From assembly GCA_951406725.2 (NCBI GenBank), contig OX597820.1, forward strand, positions 114,142,001 to 114,206,000: a stretch of 64,000 bases of DNA, in the 5' to 3' direction. This DNA is from Octopus vulgaris. Taxonomy: Eukaryota. A program made the translations under genes and the position numbers. Below are positions 63,782-64,000 of this stretch, in pieces (position 1 is the first letter of the stretch; each line of letters begins with the position of its first letter). The notes under the pieces were generated by a model. The model worked only from the letters and a program-made list of their open reading frames with translations, had not been told where the DNA came from and ran no database searches.

Positions 63782-64000
63782 TAGTTGTCATTGTTATCAT
63801 CATCATGTTTCCATGCTAGTATGGGTTAGATAAGTCTGCTTCATCACAGCATCATTCTGTTGTCAAGGCTCAGTAGCAAGTGATTATCCTTCACCAGATC
63901 TTCCAATGTTTTCCTCAGTCTTTCTCTTCCATAAACTTGTTCCATTTTGACCACCGGACTTTTCTTCACCCAAATATCATCCTTCATACTGGGTGTTTGG

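Overview
AT-rich, microsatellite- and repeat-dense animal genomic DNA. The SINE/RTE repeat complement looks like octopus (coleoid cephalopod), but that assignment is inference. Three genes are supported. (1) A complete six-exon LIN-7/Veli/MALS gene on + (ATG 21054, stop 60183; 594 nt, 197 aa; L27 + PDZ). (2) An intronless torsin-family AAA+ ATPase (38566-39501) nested on the same strand inside the 30.6-kb first intron of LIN-7. (3) The first two identifiable exons of a BED zinc-finger gene on -, head-to-head with LIN-7 and running off the left edge. The rest is tRNA-derived SINEs, RTE LINEs and their tails, Penelope remnants, Tc1/mariner, hAT, piggyBac-like, Mutator-like and Helitron-like elements. 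The main observations are: a possible shared promoter/first exon for LIN-7 and torsin; five hammerhead-ribozyme-like motifs whose core integrity tracks orientation relative to the host gene; a 5'-inverted RTE LINE with twin-priming geometry; and several near-perfect long hairpins in or near the LIN-7 transcription unit. All coordinates were read by eye, and repeat boundaries are approximate.
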